From contig JBBAKX010000001.1 in assembly GCA_040403315.1 (NCBI GenBank), positions 818,703 through 882,702 of the forward strand: a stretch of 64,000 nt of DNA. The letters are read 5' to 3'. Origin of the DNA: Flavobacteriales bacterium (GTDB taxonomy: Bacteria > Bacteroidota > Bacteroidia > M30B66). Numbering within the stretch: position 1 is the stretch's first letter; the number at the start of each line of letters is the position of its first letter. Below, one piece after another: positions 55,975-64,000 of the stretch. Below the pieces are notes generated by a model. It saw only the letters and a program-made list of their open reading frames with translations. It made no database searches and was not told the DNA's origin. The position numbers and the translations under genes were made by a program.

Positions 55975-58900
55975 TTACCTTTTTACAGTAACGTCGCCGG
56001 TGAGCGTTTCTCCATTTGAAAGCTTCAGTACATAGAAGTAGGTTCCATCAGGAAGATCGCCCCCATCCCAATCGTTTAGATAGTTGCCAACAGCATAAAT
56101 TTCGCTTCCCCATCGATTGAATATTGCCATCGATGAAGTTGGAAATGCACCTAAGCCCTTTACTGCGAAAAAGTCGTTGTATCCGTCACCATTTGGTGTG
56201 AATGAATTCGGAACTGCAACAGAATTCGAGATTTGATAACTTCTCGAAACGGTGTCAATACATCCAGCAGCATCAGTTACCGTTAACAAAACACTAAGTG
56301 TTCCTTGCGAAGCATAGCTGTGGTTTGTATTCTGTGTAGAGGCGTTGCTGTTATCTCCAAAATTCCACAACCAACTTACAGGGTTTCCAGTGGAACCATC
56401 ATTAAATGTGATATTTACACCAGTTTGCGCGCCCGTTGTAGGGTCTGAAGTAAATGCTGCTTCAGGACCAGTTTGAGAAATGACAATTGTATCGCTGTAG
56501 CGACAACCTTTTGCATCGATAACTTCAAGATAAAATTCTCCGCCTCCTACTGTAATCGAGGAAGTTGTTTCATTATTACTCCAGTTGTAAGTCGCCAAAT
56601 TTTCTGGTCCTTCAAGCAATGCTGTTTCATCATTGCAAATACTGAGGTTATTACCAAGATCAAAAACAGGGATGCTGTTCACAGAAACGATTACCGATGC
56701 AGAGGAAGCATTTTCGCATCCATTCAAACTAACCGAAAGGGTGTACAATCCTACTGGTGGTGAAGATAAATTTAACACTGGACCAGTAGCTTGCCCTGCA
56801 GGAGTTCCCCATGAATATACTGCTCCGGGTTCTTGATTAGACGTTAATGTAAGTGCCTCGCTTCCGCAAAGTGTTGTATCTCCTGAAATAACTGGACTTT
56901 GAGGTCTTGGCAATACATCTAAATCAACCGAATCACGAATTGAACAACCCGTTGGATTCTCTAATTCAACCCAGTAAATTCCTGTTGAACTAGCTGTAAT
57001 TGAATTGGTGATAGAGTTGTTGTTCCACAAATATGTTACTCCACTAACTGAAGCAGCAGATAAGGTGAGGATTTCGCCAGCACAGATCGAAGTATCGGAA
57101 AAAGCAAAGGAAAATTCTGGACTTAAATCAATTGTGATATTAACAGAATCAGATGCTGATGGGCAACCATTCTGATCATAATATGCATAGTATGTTCCGG
57201 CTGCAGATTGCTGAATATCTGAGTAGATCAAAGATTCTGAACCTGAAATTGTAGTGTCATTTGAAGAAATGAAATAGTAAGCAGAACCAGCTGCATCGTT
57301 CATACTCAAAATAAGGTTCGTACCCGAGCAAATAGCCAAGTCGTTAACGATGTTTCCATTCGAATAAAGCACCGGAGCTTGGGGTGTTACAGAAAAAAAC
57401 AATTCTACCGAGTCGCGTTTATAGCAACCTTGCGGATTAAATACTTCAACCCAATACAAACCATTTTCTGATACAGTGAATGTTTGATCTGTTGAGTTGT
57501 CTTGCCAGAGATAAGTATAACCAGCGCCAGCTCCACCATCTAACAAAACATTAGATACGCTGCAAACGGTATCTGACAAACCTATATAAACTTCTGGTGT
57601 TGGATTTATCAATAAGCTAAGTGTGTCGAAGAAAGATTCACATCCTTGGGAAATGCTGAAGGCATAGTATTCGCCCGATTGCGCAGATGTTGCGGTCGAG
57701 ATATTGATATCTGTACCATTGTAAAGCGTATTCCCAGGGCCGACCCACGCATACGATTCAGCATTTGTAACTGTAGTCATATTAAGCGCAAATGGCGAAC
57801 CTGCGCACAATGTGTCAGCAGTAACGGATGGGTCGAAAGGTATTATAGAAGCAACAGGTGTTTCAGGCCTCGGAGATGTCCAAATTTGAATTGAATCTCT
57901 CGCACGACAACCTTGGAAGTCGGTAACATCAACATAGTATATACCCGCTTGATCAACAATAAAGAATGGATTCTGTGAACCATCTTGCCATTCGAAAAGA
58001 TAAACTCCCGGAACAGTTAACAACAATTGCGATCCTTCGCAAATGGTATCTCTTGATGCTTGAATATTTACTGGTGGGGTGTAATTTGATACTTCAATAG
58101 TATCTGTCGCAGAACATTCATTACCGCTCAAAACACTCACATAGTATGTTCCTGGATTGAATACAATAATTTTTTGAGTTGTATCTCCAGTGCTCCACAA
58201 ATACGATGTTTTGCCAGGACCAGCATCAAGCACCGCCGAATCTCCCAAACACAATTCACGGTTAATTCCTAGTTCTAGGTAGGAGAAATTGGTGAAGTAA
58301 CCATAGTTGCAAGAAGCACCTTGCTGGTAAGTGATTCCCATGTGGAACAATTCTTCAGAAAAATTTTGAATTAATGATGCCTGTCCAACTGGAATTTCTG
58401 TTGTTGAAAAAGCTTTTCTACAGAACACCCATTCACCATTGCTGCCAGGAACGGGTTGGAAATCAGCAGCAGTAATATAAGTATTGTTTCCATTCAGTGT
58501 AAAGGTGCTTTCAGAACCCGCTTTGATGGTTAAATTCAATTTGAAGTTTGCATTGCCAGTTCTGGTAAATCCAACTTGGTTAGATCCAGTGCATTCTAAT
58601 GATGGAATAATGGCTCCAGCAACTTGGTCGCCAACTCCTGAAATATGAAATACATAAATTGGATTGCTTCCTCTAATGAAGCCAGCCGCATCTGTAAAAG
58701 AGTAAATATATTGTTCTCCCGCGTTGAGCGTATCAACTGCCGTTAAACTACCATCAATGAAAATTTCAGTGCTGTCTTCTGTAGCACATACATAGGCCTT
58801 ATCAAGCCCACTTGAAAGGTCACCGCGAACAACAATATGTTTGAAGCCGCAATTTTCTACTGAAATCAATTGATCTGCTGCCAAATCTGCTCCTCCTTCT

Positions 58901-59679
58901 GTGCCCGTTGGCGGAGGGTCAAGATCGATCATGTCGTCTTTAATGGTAACTGCCACCGGTCTGTCAGATTCGATTTTTGTACCAGCAGGTCTAACTGCAC
59001 CTAGGTAATCTGATGCCTCGCAGTAATACGTTTGACCGCGATTCATGTAAACCGAAAATGGAATGCCTGCTGGATGGTTTAAAATGTCAACTGCAGGTGT
59101 AATGGTTACATTAGTAGAATCGTCTGTTGCAACAATAATAAACCCTGATCTTGGCTGAGGAATGTATGGGCTTCCCCCTAGAGTTCTAGCATTTTCCCAA
59201 AGGGTTTGAAAGGGCGTGTAAAAGAGTGTTCCGTTTGCATTTTTCCCCTTTAGGGCAACCAAATCTCGGTTTGCTGCTGCACCCAATTCATAATATGCAG
59301 TAATCGGCGCAGTAGCTCGAACTAAAACACCTGTATTCATTACCGAATCCACAAAACGTATCTCGATTTGATTGATGAATGCTGTTAGATTAACTGTTTG
59401 CGTAGAGTTCGCTGCCAAATTCACTACAATTGGAGCAAAAGAAAGATTTGCTGGTTGCCATATTGTAATTTGGGCAGGATCGGTTATTGTAGAAAGTACT
59501 AATTGTATTGGCCTATCTCTAAAGGCATTCCCATTAATTTCACCTTGAGTTCCTTGGGTAAGATCGGGGGGGCCAAACCAAAATTCTTGATCAATTTGTG
59601 CTTTTAAATTCGGGGTAAAAATGAATAATCCCAGAATAAATGCTGATAATTTGATGAATTTAGTAGTTGTAAAATTCAT
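55975..59679 (-). CDS. Large modular cell-surface protein with a type-B T9SS ('gliding motility-associated') C-terminal domain
   Basis: 1234 aa. Signal peptide, an N-terminal ~450-aa beta-rich domain, about 8 Cys-framed Ig-like modules, and a PKD domain (WLWNFGDNSNAS...HSYASQGT). The C-terminus VPNSFTPNGDGYNDFF...FNRWGSEIY...DGTYFYVL is the type-B sorting-domain signature. Confidence 0.85.
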   Translation of the reverse strand: MNFTTTKFIKLSAFILGLFIFTPNLKAQIDQEFWFGPPDLTQGTQGEINGNAFRDRPIQLVLSTITDPAQITIWQPANLSFAPIVVNLAANSTQTVNLTAFINQIEIRFVDSVMNTGVLVRATAPITAYYELGAAANRDLVALKGKNANGTLFYTPFQTLWENARTLGGSPYIPQPRSGFIIVATDDSTNVTITPAVDILNHPAGIPFSVYMNRGQTYYCEASDYLGAVRPAGTKIESDRPVAVTIKDDMIDLDPPPTGTEGGADLAADQLISVENCGFKHIVVRGDLSSGLDKAYVCATEDSTEIFIDGSLTAVDTLNAGEQYIYSFTDAAGFIRGSNPIYVFHISGVGDQVAGAIIPSLECTGSNQVGFTRTGNANFKLNLTIKAGSESTFTLNGNNTYITAADFQPVPGSNGEWVFCRKAFSTTEIPVGQASLIQNFSEELFHMGITYQQGASCNYGYFTNFSYLELGINRELCLGDSAVLDAGPGKTSYLWSTGDTTQKIIVFNPGTYYVSVLSGNECSATDTIEVSNYTPPVNIQASRDTICEGSQLLLTVPGVYLFEWQDGSQNPFFIVDQAGIYYVDVTDFQGCRARDSIQIWTSPRPETPVASIIPFDPSVTADTLCAGSPFALNMTTVTNAESYAWVGPGNTLYNGTDINISTATSAQSGEYYAFSISQGCESFFDTLSLLINPTPEVYIGLSDTVCSVSNVLLDGGAGAGYTYLWQDNSTDQTFTVSENGLYWVEVFNPQGCYKRDSVELFFSVTPQAPVLYSNGNIVNDLAICSGTNLILSMNDAAGSAYYFISSNDTTISGSESLIYSDIQQSAAGTYYAYYDQNGCPSASDSVNITIDLSPEFSFAFSDTSICAGEILTLSAASVSGVTYLWNNNSITNSITASSTGIYWVELENPTGCSIRDSVDLDVLPRPQSPVISGDTTLCGSEALTLTSNQEPGAVYSWGTPAGQATGPVLNLSSPPVGLYTLSVSLNGCENASSASVIVSVNSIPVFDLGNNLSICNDETALLEGPENLATYNWSNNETTSSITVGGGEFYLEVIDAKGCRYSDTIVISQTGPEAAFTSDPTTGAQTGVNITFNDGSTGNPVSWLWNFGDNSNASTQNTNHSYASQGTLSVLLTVTDAAGCIDTVSRSYQISNSVAVPNSFTPNGDGYNDFFAVKGLGAFPTSSMAIFNRWGSEIYAVGNYLNDWDGGDLPDGTYFYVLKLSNGETLTGDVTVKR
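56487..58272 (-). repeat. Array of about 8 Cys-framed Ig-like modules (~60-70 aa each) inside the adhesin gene; coordinates approximate
   Basis: Each module begins ..(I/L)C.G....L and ends ..GC...D(S/T)(I/V).(I/V/L). Two subtypes alternate: YLW..G.T....V...G.Y.V.V versus Y.W.GP........SG.Y. Confidence 0.6.
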
Positions 59680-59831
59680 TTTTATGAAGTTTAAATTTCT
59701 TGTTAAATATGAATAAGTACAAAGCCTATTTGAATTTAAACAATTAGGCTCGGTTTGTTACTTGTATAGATTATTAAAGGTTACAAATTAAAGTCTAATT
59801 ATTCATTTAACTATTGTTAACCCCTGTCAAT

Positions 59832-61787
59832 TTAACCTAAAATCTTACGTCCGATGCTTCTGAACGACTGATAAATTATTGAGATATCATTCGATATTCT
59901 ATAATCTTTTGCATATAAAATATTGGTTTGAATTCGCATTTGGTCGTCTGAGCCTAATTTGCTGAATGGATCCAATGGATTTAAGACGCTCAATTTTAGC
60001 TTTGGTAATGAATCAGATATTGAGCCTGGTGAATAACCTACCCAGGTGAATTTCCCTATTAAACAATGAACTGCATTCTTCAGTGCAGCGCTTGGTGACT
60101 TGGTAACGAACAACAATGGGAAAAATACCAAGAGTGTAAAAGAAAAAACAATATCGAGTGCGCGTTTTTTTCTGCGATTTAATGGTCGGTCGATCGAGTT
60201 TAATCCTATTACATAAAGCTCTCCGCTTGTTTGAATCGAATTGCTGCCAATAATAAACAAGCTTTCAGGTGGTGCGATTTTATATTCAAGTTCAGGATGA
60301 TTTATTTTCATCATCTGATTCATAATTTCGCTGCTGCTTAGGTCTTTCCCGCAAAATATCAATTCATTAATGCCAAAAATCTCAACCATTTCTTTTAACC
60401 TTCCAATATTACCGGCATAACCTTTTGGAATATACTCTTGGTCTAAAGGGTTTATAATACCTATATAAGCAGTTTTTACAGGCGATTGATTTATCAATGC
60501 TTTGATTCTGCTTGCTTCATCCATTCCTCCAATCAACAAAATGCGCTTTAATTCTCTTCTTTCAGGGAAGAAGGTTTTGTAATTGATTAAATTAATTGAT
60601 GATCGAATTCCTGATGCTGAAAGTGCCGCCCATGCTGCACCAACTAAAGTTAAAAACCTTGAGTAGCGATAAGTTTCTGGAAGCAATGCATAAACCAACA
60701 AAATGATTACAGTACCAGTTAATACACCTCTTACTGCAGCGCCTGTTCGATGAGGTTTTTCATATGCACCATTGAGCCACATGCTAGTAATCCATGCGAG
60801 AATATAAAGCGGAACAGCAATCCACATGAATGAGTAAGGGTAGTAAATCCCGCTTTTTATTGCCCAATATGATTTAAGCGCAAACATGCCTCCGAAGAAT
60901 AGTGAGCCATCTAACAGTGGAAGCCATACTGATCCAGCTAATCGCTTCATTATAGAGAAACCAGCTCTTAAGTAAACAGCCAAATTGATCAGCAATGAAA
61001 ACACTTTTGCATTTCCTGGGGAAAAATGTTTCCGGGCAAAAATGATCATCGCTTGATAAAACACAAAAACGTAATTTATCGATGATTTTTTTGTGCTCTC
61101 TCCTCGATAATGAATTACCCTAGTTTTTGGATGGTAATAAATTTTAAATCCAACTTGGGTGATTCTATAACTTAAGTCGATGTCTTCCCCATACATAAAA
61201 AAGGCTTCATCCAATAAGCCAGATTTGTTGAGCGCCTCTTTTCGCATAAACATGAATGCACCCGATAGCACTTCAATTGCATGCGTTTCTTCTGGATTAA
61301 GAAATCCTAAATGATATTTACCAAATCTTTTCGATTTTGGGAAGATAGTGCTTAGTCCGAATATCTTATAAAAAGCAACTTCAGGCGTAGGTAAACCTCG
61401 TTTCGATTCTGGTAGATAATTCCCTTTGCCATCAATTAGTTTTACTCCACAAGCACCTGCATCTGGGTGCTCATCCATGAATTGCAAACAGGTATGAAAA
61501 GTATCCTCTTCAACAACAGTATCGGGGTTCAACAACAAAACATATTGCCCTTTTGATATTGTAATCGCTTGGTTGTTAGCTTTCGAAAATCCAGTATTTT
61601 GTTTATTGTCGATCAGGATAGCCTGTGGAAACTTTTCCTTCACCATCTCTACCGATCCATCAACGGAGTGATTGTCTACTACAAATACCTCGCCCTCAAT
61701 GCCATCCATGGCCTTAAAGACCGACTTTAGGCATTGTTCAAGAAAATGCTCTACGTTATAGTTAACAATAACGACTGAAAGCTTCAT
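59832..61787 (-). CDS. Fusion protein: N-terminal GT2 glycosyltransferase, a membrane region, a Rossmann-like region, and a degenerate sugar-transferase-like C-terminus (WbaP-like scaffold)
   Basis: GT2 motifs (LSVVIVNYN, VVDNHSVDGS, LLNPDT, YGEDIDLSYR). About 5 TM helices. ILLIGGMDEASRI... resembles the CoA-binding-like domain of WbaP. KRALDIVFSFTLLVFFPLLFV is the Bac_transf entry helix. The downstream catalytic block appears to be missing. Confidence 0.75.
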   Translation of the reverse strand: MKLSVVIVNYNVEHFLEQCLKSVFKAMDGIEGEVFVVDNHSVDGSVEMVKEKFPQAILIDNKQNTGFSKANNQAITISKGQYVLLLNPDTVVEEDTFHTCLQFMDEHPDAGACGVKLIDGKGNYLPESKRGLPTPEVAFYKIFGLSTIFPKSKRFGKYHLGFLNPEETHAIEVLSGAFMFMRKEALNKSGLLDEAFFMYGEDIDLSYRITQVGFKIYYHPKTRVIHYRGESTKKSSINYVFVFYQAMIIFARKHFSPGNAKVFSLLINLAVYLRAGFSIMKRLAGSVWLPLLDGSLFFGGMFALKSYWAIKSGIYYPYSFMWIAVPLYILAWITSMWLNGAYEKPHRTGAAVRGVLTGTVIILLVYALLPETYRYSRFLTLVGAAWAALSASGIRSSINLINYKTFFPERRELKRILLIGGMDEASRIKALINQSPVKTAYIGIINPLDQEYIPKGYAGNIGRLKEMVEIFGINELIFCGKDLSSSEIMNQMMKINHPELEYKIAPPESLFIIGSNSIQTSGELYVIGLNSIDRPLNRRKKRALDIVFSFTLLVFFPLLFVTKSPSAALKNAVHCLIGKFTWVGYSPGSISDSLPKLKLSVLNPLDPFSKLGSDDQMRIQTNILYAKDYRISNDISIIYQSFRSIGRKILG

Positions 61788-61791
61788 TCAA

Positions 61792-62457
61792 TTAAGGGAT
61801 ATTCATGTATTTGTGGGTTTGCAAAGAAACTCTCCATTTTGGATTATTTTTCACAAAATCAATGATTTCAGGTAGTAGAACCTCCGATTTGCTCCACTCA
61901 GGTTGAAGAAACAATGCGCAATTTGCACCAATTTCTAATGAATGCTTTTCTGCCCAATCGAAATCACTTCTATTAAAAACAATCACTTTTAACTCATCGG
62001 CACGCTGCAGCATATCGACCCGAGGGCTTTTGAATTTCTTTGGTGAAACGCACACCCAATCGAAAAAACCACTCATCGGATAAGCTCCAGAGGTTTCTAA
62101 AAATATCTTTAAACCTTTAGCTTTTAATGCTTTAGTAAGAGGGCCCAGGTTATACATTAAGGGCTCTCCCCCTGTAATCACGATAGCTTTTGCTTCATGG
62201 CTCATCGCTTTTTCGATTACCTCTTCAATGGATCGAAGTGGATGCAAATCAGCATTCCAAGATTCTTTTACATCACACCAATGGCAGCCAACATCACAAC
62301 CTCCAAGTCGAATAAAATAGGCTGCAAATCCAGTATTGGCTCCCTCACCTTGTATGGTATAGAAATCTTCCATTACCGGTAAAAGCAAACCCGTGTCTAG
62401 GGCAATTTGTTGATCTTCAGAGAGTGCTCTCATTACATCAAAGTATTTCGCTTCCAT
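61792..62457 (-). CDS. queE: 7-carboxy-7-deazaguanine synthase (radical SAM)
   Basis: LPVMEDFYTIQGEG...YFIRLGGCDVGCHWCD (CxxxCxxC) and ITGGEPL. An alternative ATG at 62433 would overlap the folD stop as TAATG. Confidence 0.88.
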   Translation of the reverse strand: MEAKYFDVMRALSEDQQIALDTGLLLPVMEDFYTIQGEGANTGFAAYFIRLGGCDVGCHWCDVKESWNADLHPLRSIEEVIEKAMSHEAKAIVITGGEPLMYNLGPLTKALKAKGLKIFLETSGAYPMSGFFDWVCVSPKKFKSPRVDMLQRADELKVIVFNRSDFDWAEKHSLEIGANCALFLQPEWSKSEVLLPEIIDFVKNNPKWRVSLQTHKYMNIP

Positions 62458-63314
62458 GCTTCAAGTGTATTTTGCATCAGCGCAGCAATGGTCATCGCGC
62501 CAACACCTCCTGGAACTGGAGTGATCCAGCTACATTTTTCAGCAAGGGGCTGAAATTCTGCATCCCCAAGGATTTTGTACCCTTTTGGAGAAGTAGTATC
62601 AATAACCCTTGTTATTCCAACGTCTATTACAATTGCGCCAGGTTTTACCATGTCGGCCTTTAAAAACTCAGGTATCCCTATAGCGGCCACAACCAAGTCA
62701 GCCTGAAGTGTAATCGATTTTAAATCGGTCGTTCTACTGTGGCAAAGCGTAACAGTGCAGTTGCCTGGGTTTTGATTTCTGCTCAGAAGCACGCTTAACG
62801 GTGTACCAACGATGTTACTGCGTCCAATTATAACGGCATGCATACCTGCCGTGTTGATTTTATAAAACTCTAAAAGCATCATGATACCTTTTGGAGTAGC
62901 AGGAACAAATCCTGGAAGGCCCAACAACAAGCGACCTAAACTTCCTGGATGAAATCCATCTACATCCTTTGTTGGATCTATCCGAAGTGTAACTTCATCA
63001 GAATCTATATGTTTCGGAAGGGGTAGTTGAACAATGATTCCATCCAAAGTATCATCCGCGTTGAGTTTGTCAACGGTTTCGATTAGCTCTTGTTGCGAAA
63101 CAGTTTCTGGGAAACGAATCAGGGTAGATTCAAACCCGATTTCTTTGCAGGTTTTTACTTTCGAAGCCACGTAGGTTACGCTCGCACCATCATTTCCTAC
63201 CAACACTGCAGCCAAATGTGGCTTACGACTACCTTTTGATGTTCCCGAAAATACTTCTGAAGTAATTTTTTCCTTATAAGCTGATGCGCAGCTTTTCCCA
63301 TCCAGAATCTGCAT
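62433..63314 (-). CDS. folD: Bifunctional 5,10-methylenetetrahydrofolate dehydrogenase/cyclohydrolase
   Basis: MQILDGK..., ...LAAVLVGNDGASVTYV..K.K.C, ...GIIVQLPLP..., ...VIIGRSNIVG.P, ...TPVPGGVG.MTIA, canonical FolD. Confidence 0.95.
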   Translation of the reverse strand: MQILDGKSCASAYKEKITSEVFSGTSKGSRKPHLAAVLVGNDGASVTYVASKVKTCKEIGFESTLIRFPETVSQQELIETVDKLNADDTLDGIIVQLPLPKHIDSDEVTLRIDPTKDVDGFHPGSLGRLLLGLPGFVPATPKGIMMLLEFYKINTAGMHAVIIGRSNIVGTPLSVLLSRNQNPGNCTVTLCHSRTTDLKSITLQADLVVAAIGIPEFLKADMVKPGAIVIDVGITRVIDTTSPKGYKILGDAEFQPLAEKCSWITPVPGGVGAMTIAALMQNTLEAWKRNTLM

Positions 63315-63315
63315 T

Positions 63316-64000
63316 TTAATTGCGCGCTTTAGGCATGTTGCGCATCATTGCCGACATGGCTGTTGGGTTCGACATCATGCGCATCACTTTTCTAGTTTCT
63401 TCGAATTGCTTAAGTAACTTGTTTACTTCTTGAATATTTGTACCGCTTCCATCAGCAATGCGTTTTCTTCTACTTCCATTGATAATCGAAGGTTCGTCGC
63501 GCTCTTGCGGTGTCATCGACATAATAATGGCTTCAATACTTTTGAAAGCATCATCTTCAATTTCTACATCCTTTAATGCTTTTCCAGCACCTGGTATCAT
63601 TCCAACAAGATCTTTCAAATTCCCCATTTTTTTGATTTGTTGAATTTGTTCGTAGAAGTCGACAAAACTGAAGGTGTTTTTCGCAATCTTCTTTTGGAGT
63701 TTCCTTGCTTGCTCTTCATCAAAGTTTTCTTGGGCTCTTTCAACAAGCGAAATAATATCACCCATCCCAAGAATTCTATCTGCCATTCGATTTGGATAGA
63801 AGATATCGAGCGCTTCCATTTTCTCGCCTGTACCAACAAACTTGATTGGTTTGTTCACAACAGAACGAATGGTTAGTGCCGCTCCACCTCTAGTATCACC
63901 ATCAAGTTTAGTTAAGACCACCCCATCATAATCGATCCGATCGTTAAAGGCTTTTGCAGTATTCACGGCATCTTGACCTGTCATTGAATCTACAACGAAC
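63316..64000 (-). CDS. ffh: Signal recognition particle protein Ffh, C-terminal part (gene continues past the right edge of the window)
   Basis: The frame stays open to the window edge (...[18 protein letters not shown]...). It shows the G-domain end ([14 protein letters not shown]..., FVGTGEKM) and a Met-rich M domain (...[15 protein letters not shown]). Confidence 0.93.
   Translation of the reverse strand, partial: FVVDSMTGQDAVNTAKAFNDRIDYDGVVLTKLDGDTRGGAALTIRSVVNKPIKFVGTGEKMEALDIFYPNRMADRILGMGDIISLVERAQENFDEEQARKLQKKIAKNTFSFVDFYEQIQQIKKMGNLKDLVGMIPGAGKALKDVEIEDDAFKSIEAIIMSMTPQERDEPSIINGSRRKRIADGSGTNIQEVNKLLKQFEETRKVMRMMSNPTAMSAMMRNMPKARN

Overview
This window looks like a core-chromosome segment of a Bacteroidota genome (Flavobacteriia/Cytophagia-like). 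Three things support that placement. There are five predicted type IX secretion cargo proteins (four type-A C-terminal domains and one type-B 'gliding' domain). TAnnTTTG -7 promoter boxes sit in front of many genes, and start codons lack Shine-Dalgarno sequences and are preceded by A-rich stretches. The DUF4290-murA gene order is also typical of the phylum.

Gene density is very high, and many stop/start pairs overlap (TAATG or ATGA). Recognisable housekeeping content:
- str operon (rpsL-rpsG-fusA) and rpsT
- UvrD/PcrA-type helicase, murA, grpE-dnaJ
- pheT and pheS (not adjacent), recR, rnhB, rbfA, lgt, mtaB, msrA
- queE-folD-ffh
- a 2-oxoacid dehydrogenase E2 subunit
- ABC transporters
- tRNA-Glu(UUC) and tRNA-Asn(GUU)
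- futalosine-pathway markers (MqnE/MqnC-family radical SAM enzyme, UbiA-type prenyltransferase)

Envelope and secretion content includes two divergent M43 zinc metalloproteases, three OmpA-family proteins, a 1234-aa modular adhesin, and several membrane glycosyltransferase-like proteins.

I found no CRISPR array, transposase, integrase, phage gene, toxin-antitoxin pair, or recognisable defence system. I cannot point to a clear-cut novel system.

The leads most worth a second look:
1. A perfect sigma-54 -24/-12 promoter directly upstream of grpE-dnaJ. The same window also encodes a sigma-54 activator that lacks a DNA-binding domain, embedded in a Ppx/GppA-activator-TPR-secreted hydrolase gene string.
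2. A glycosyltransferase family 2 (GT2) domain fused to a WbaP-like scaffold whose phosphoglycosyl-transferase domain appears internally deleted.
3. A secreted M43 protease translationally coupled to a small acidic protein with no signal peptide, possibly a cognate inhibitor.
4. A TTG-initiated lipoprotein coupled to a barrel/TSP3/OmpA protein.
5. tRNA-Glu and rpsT apparently transcribed from one promoter.

All functional calls come from reading the translated ORFs and motifs by eye. No database search was run.
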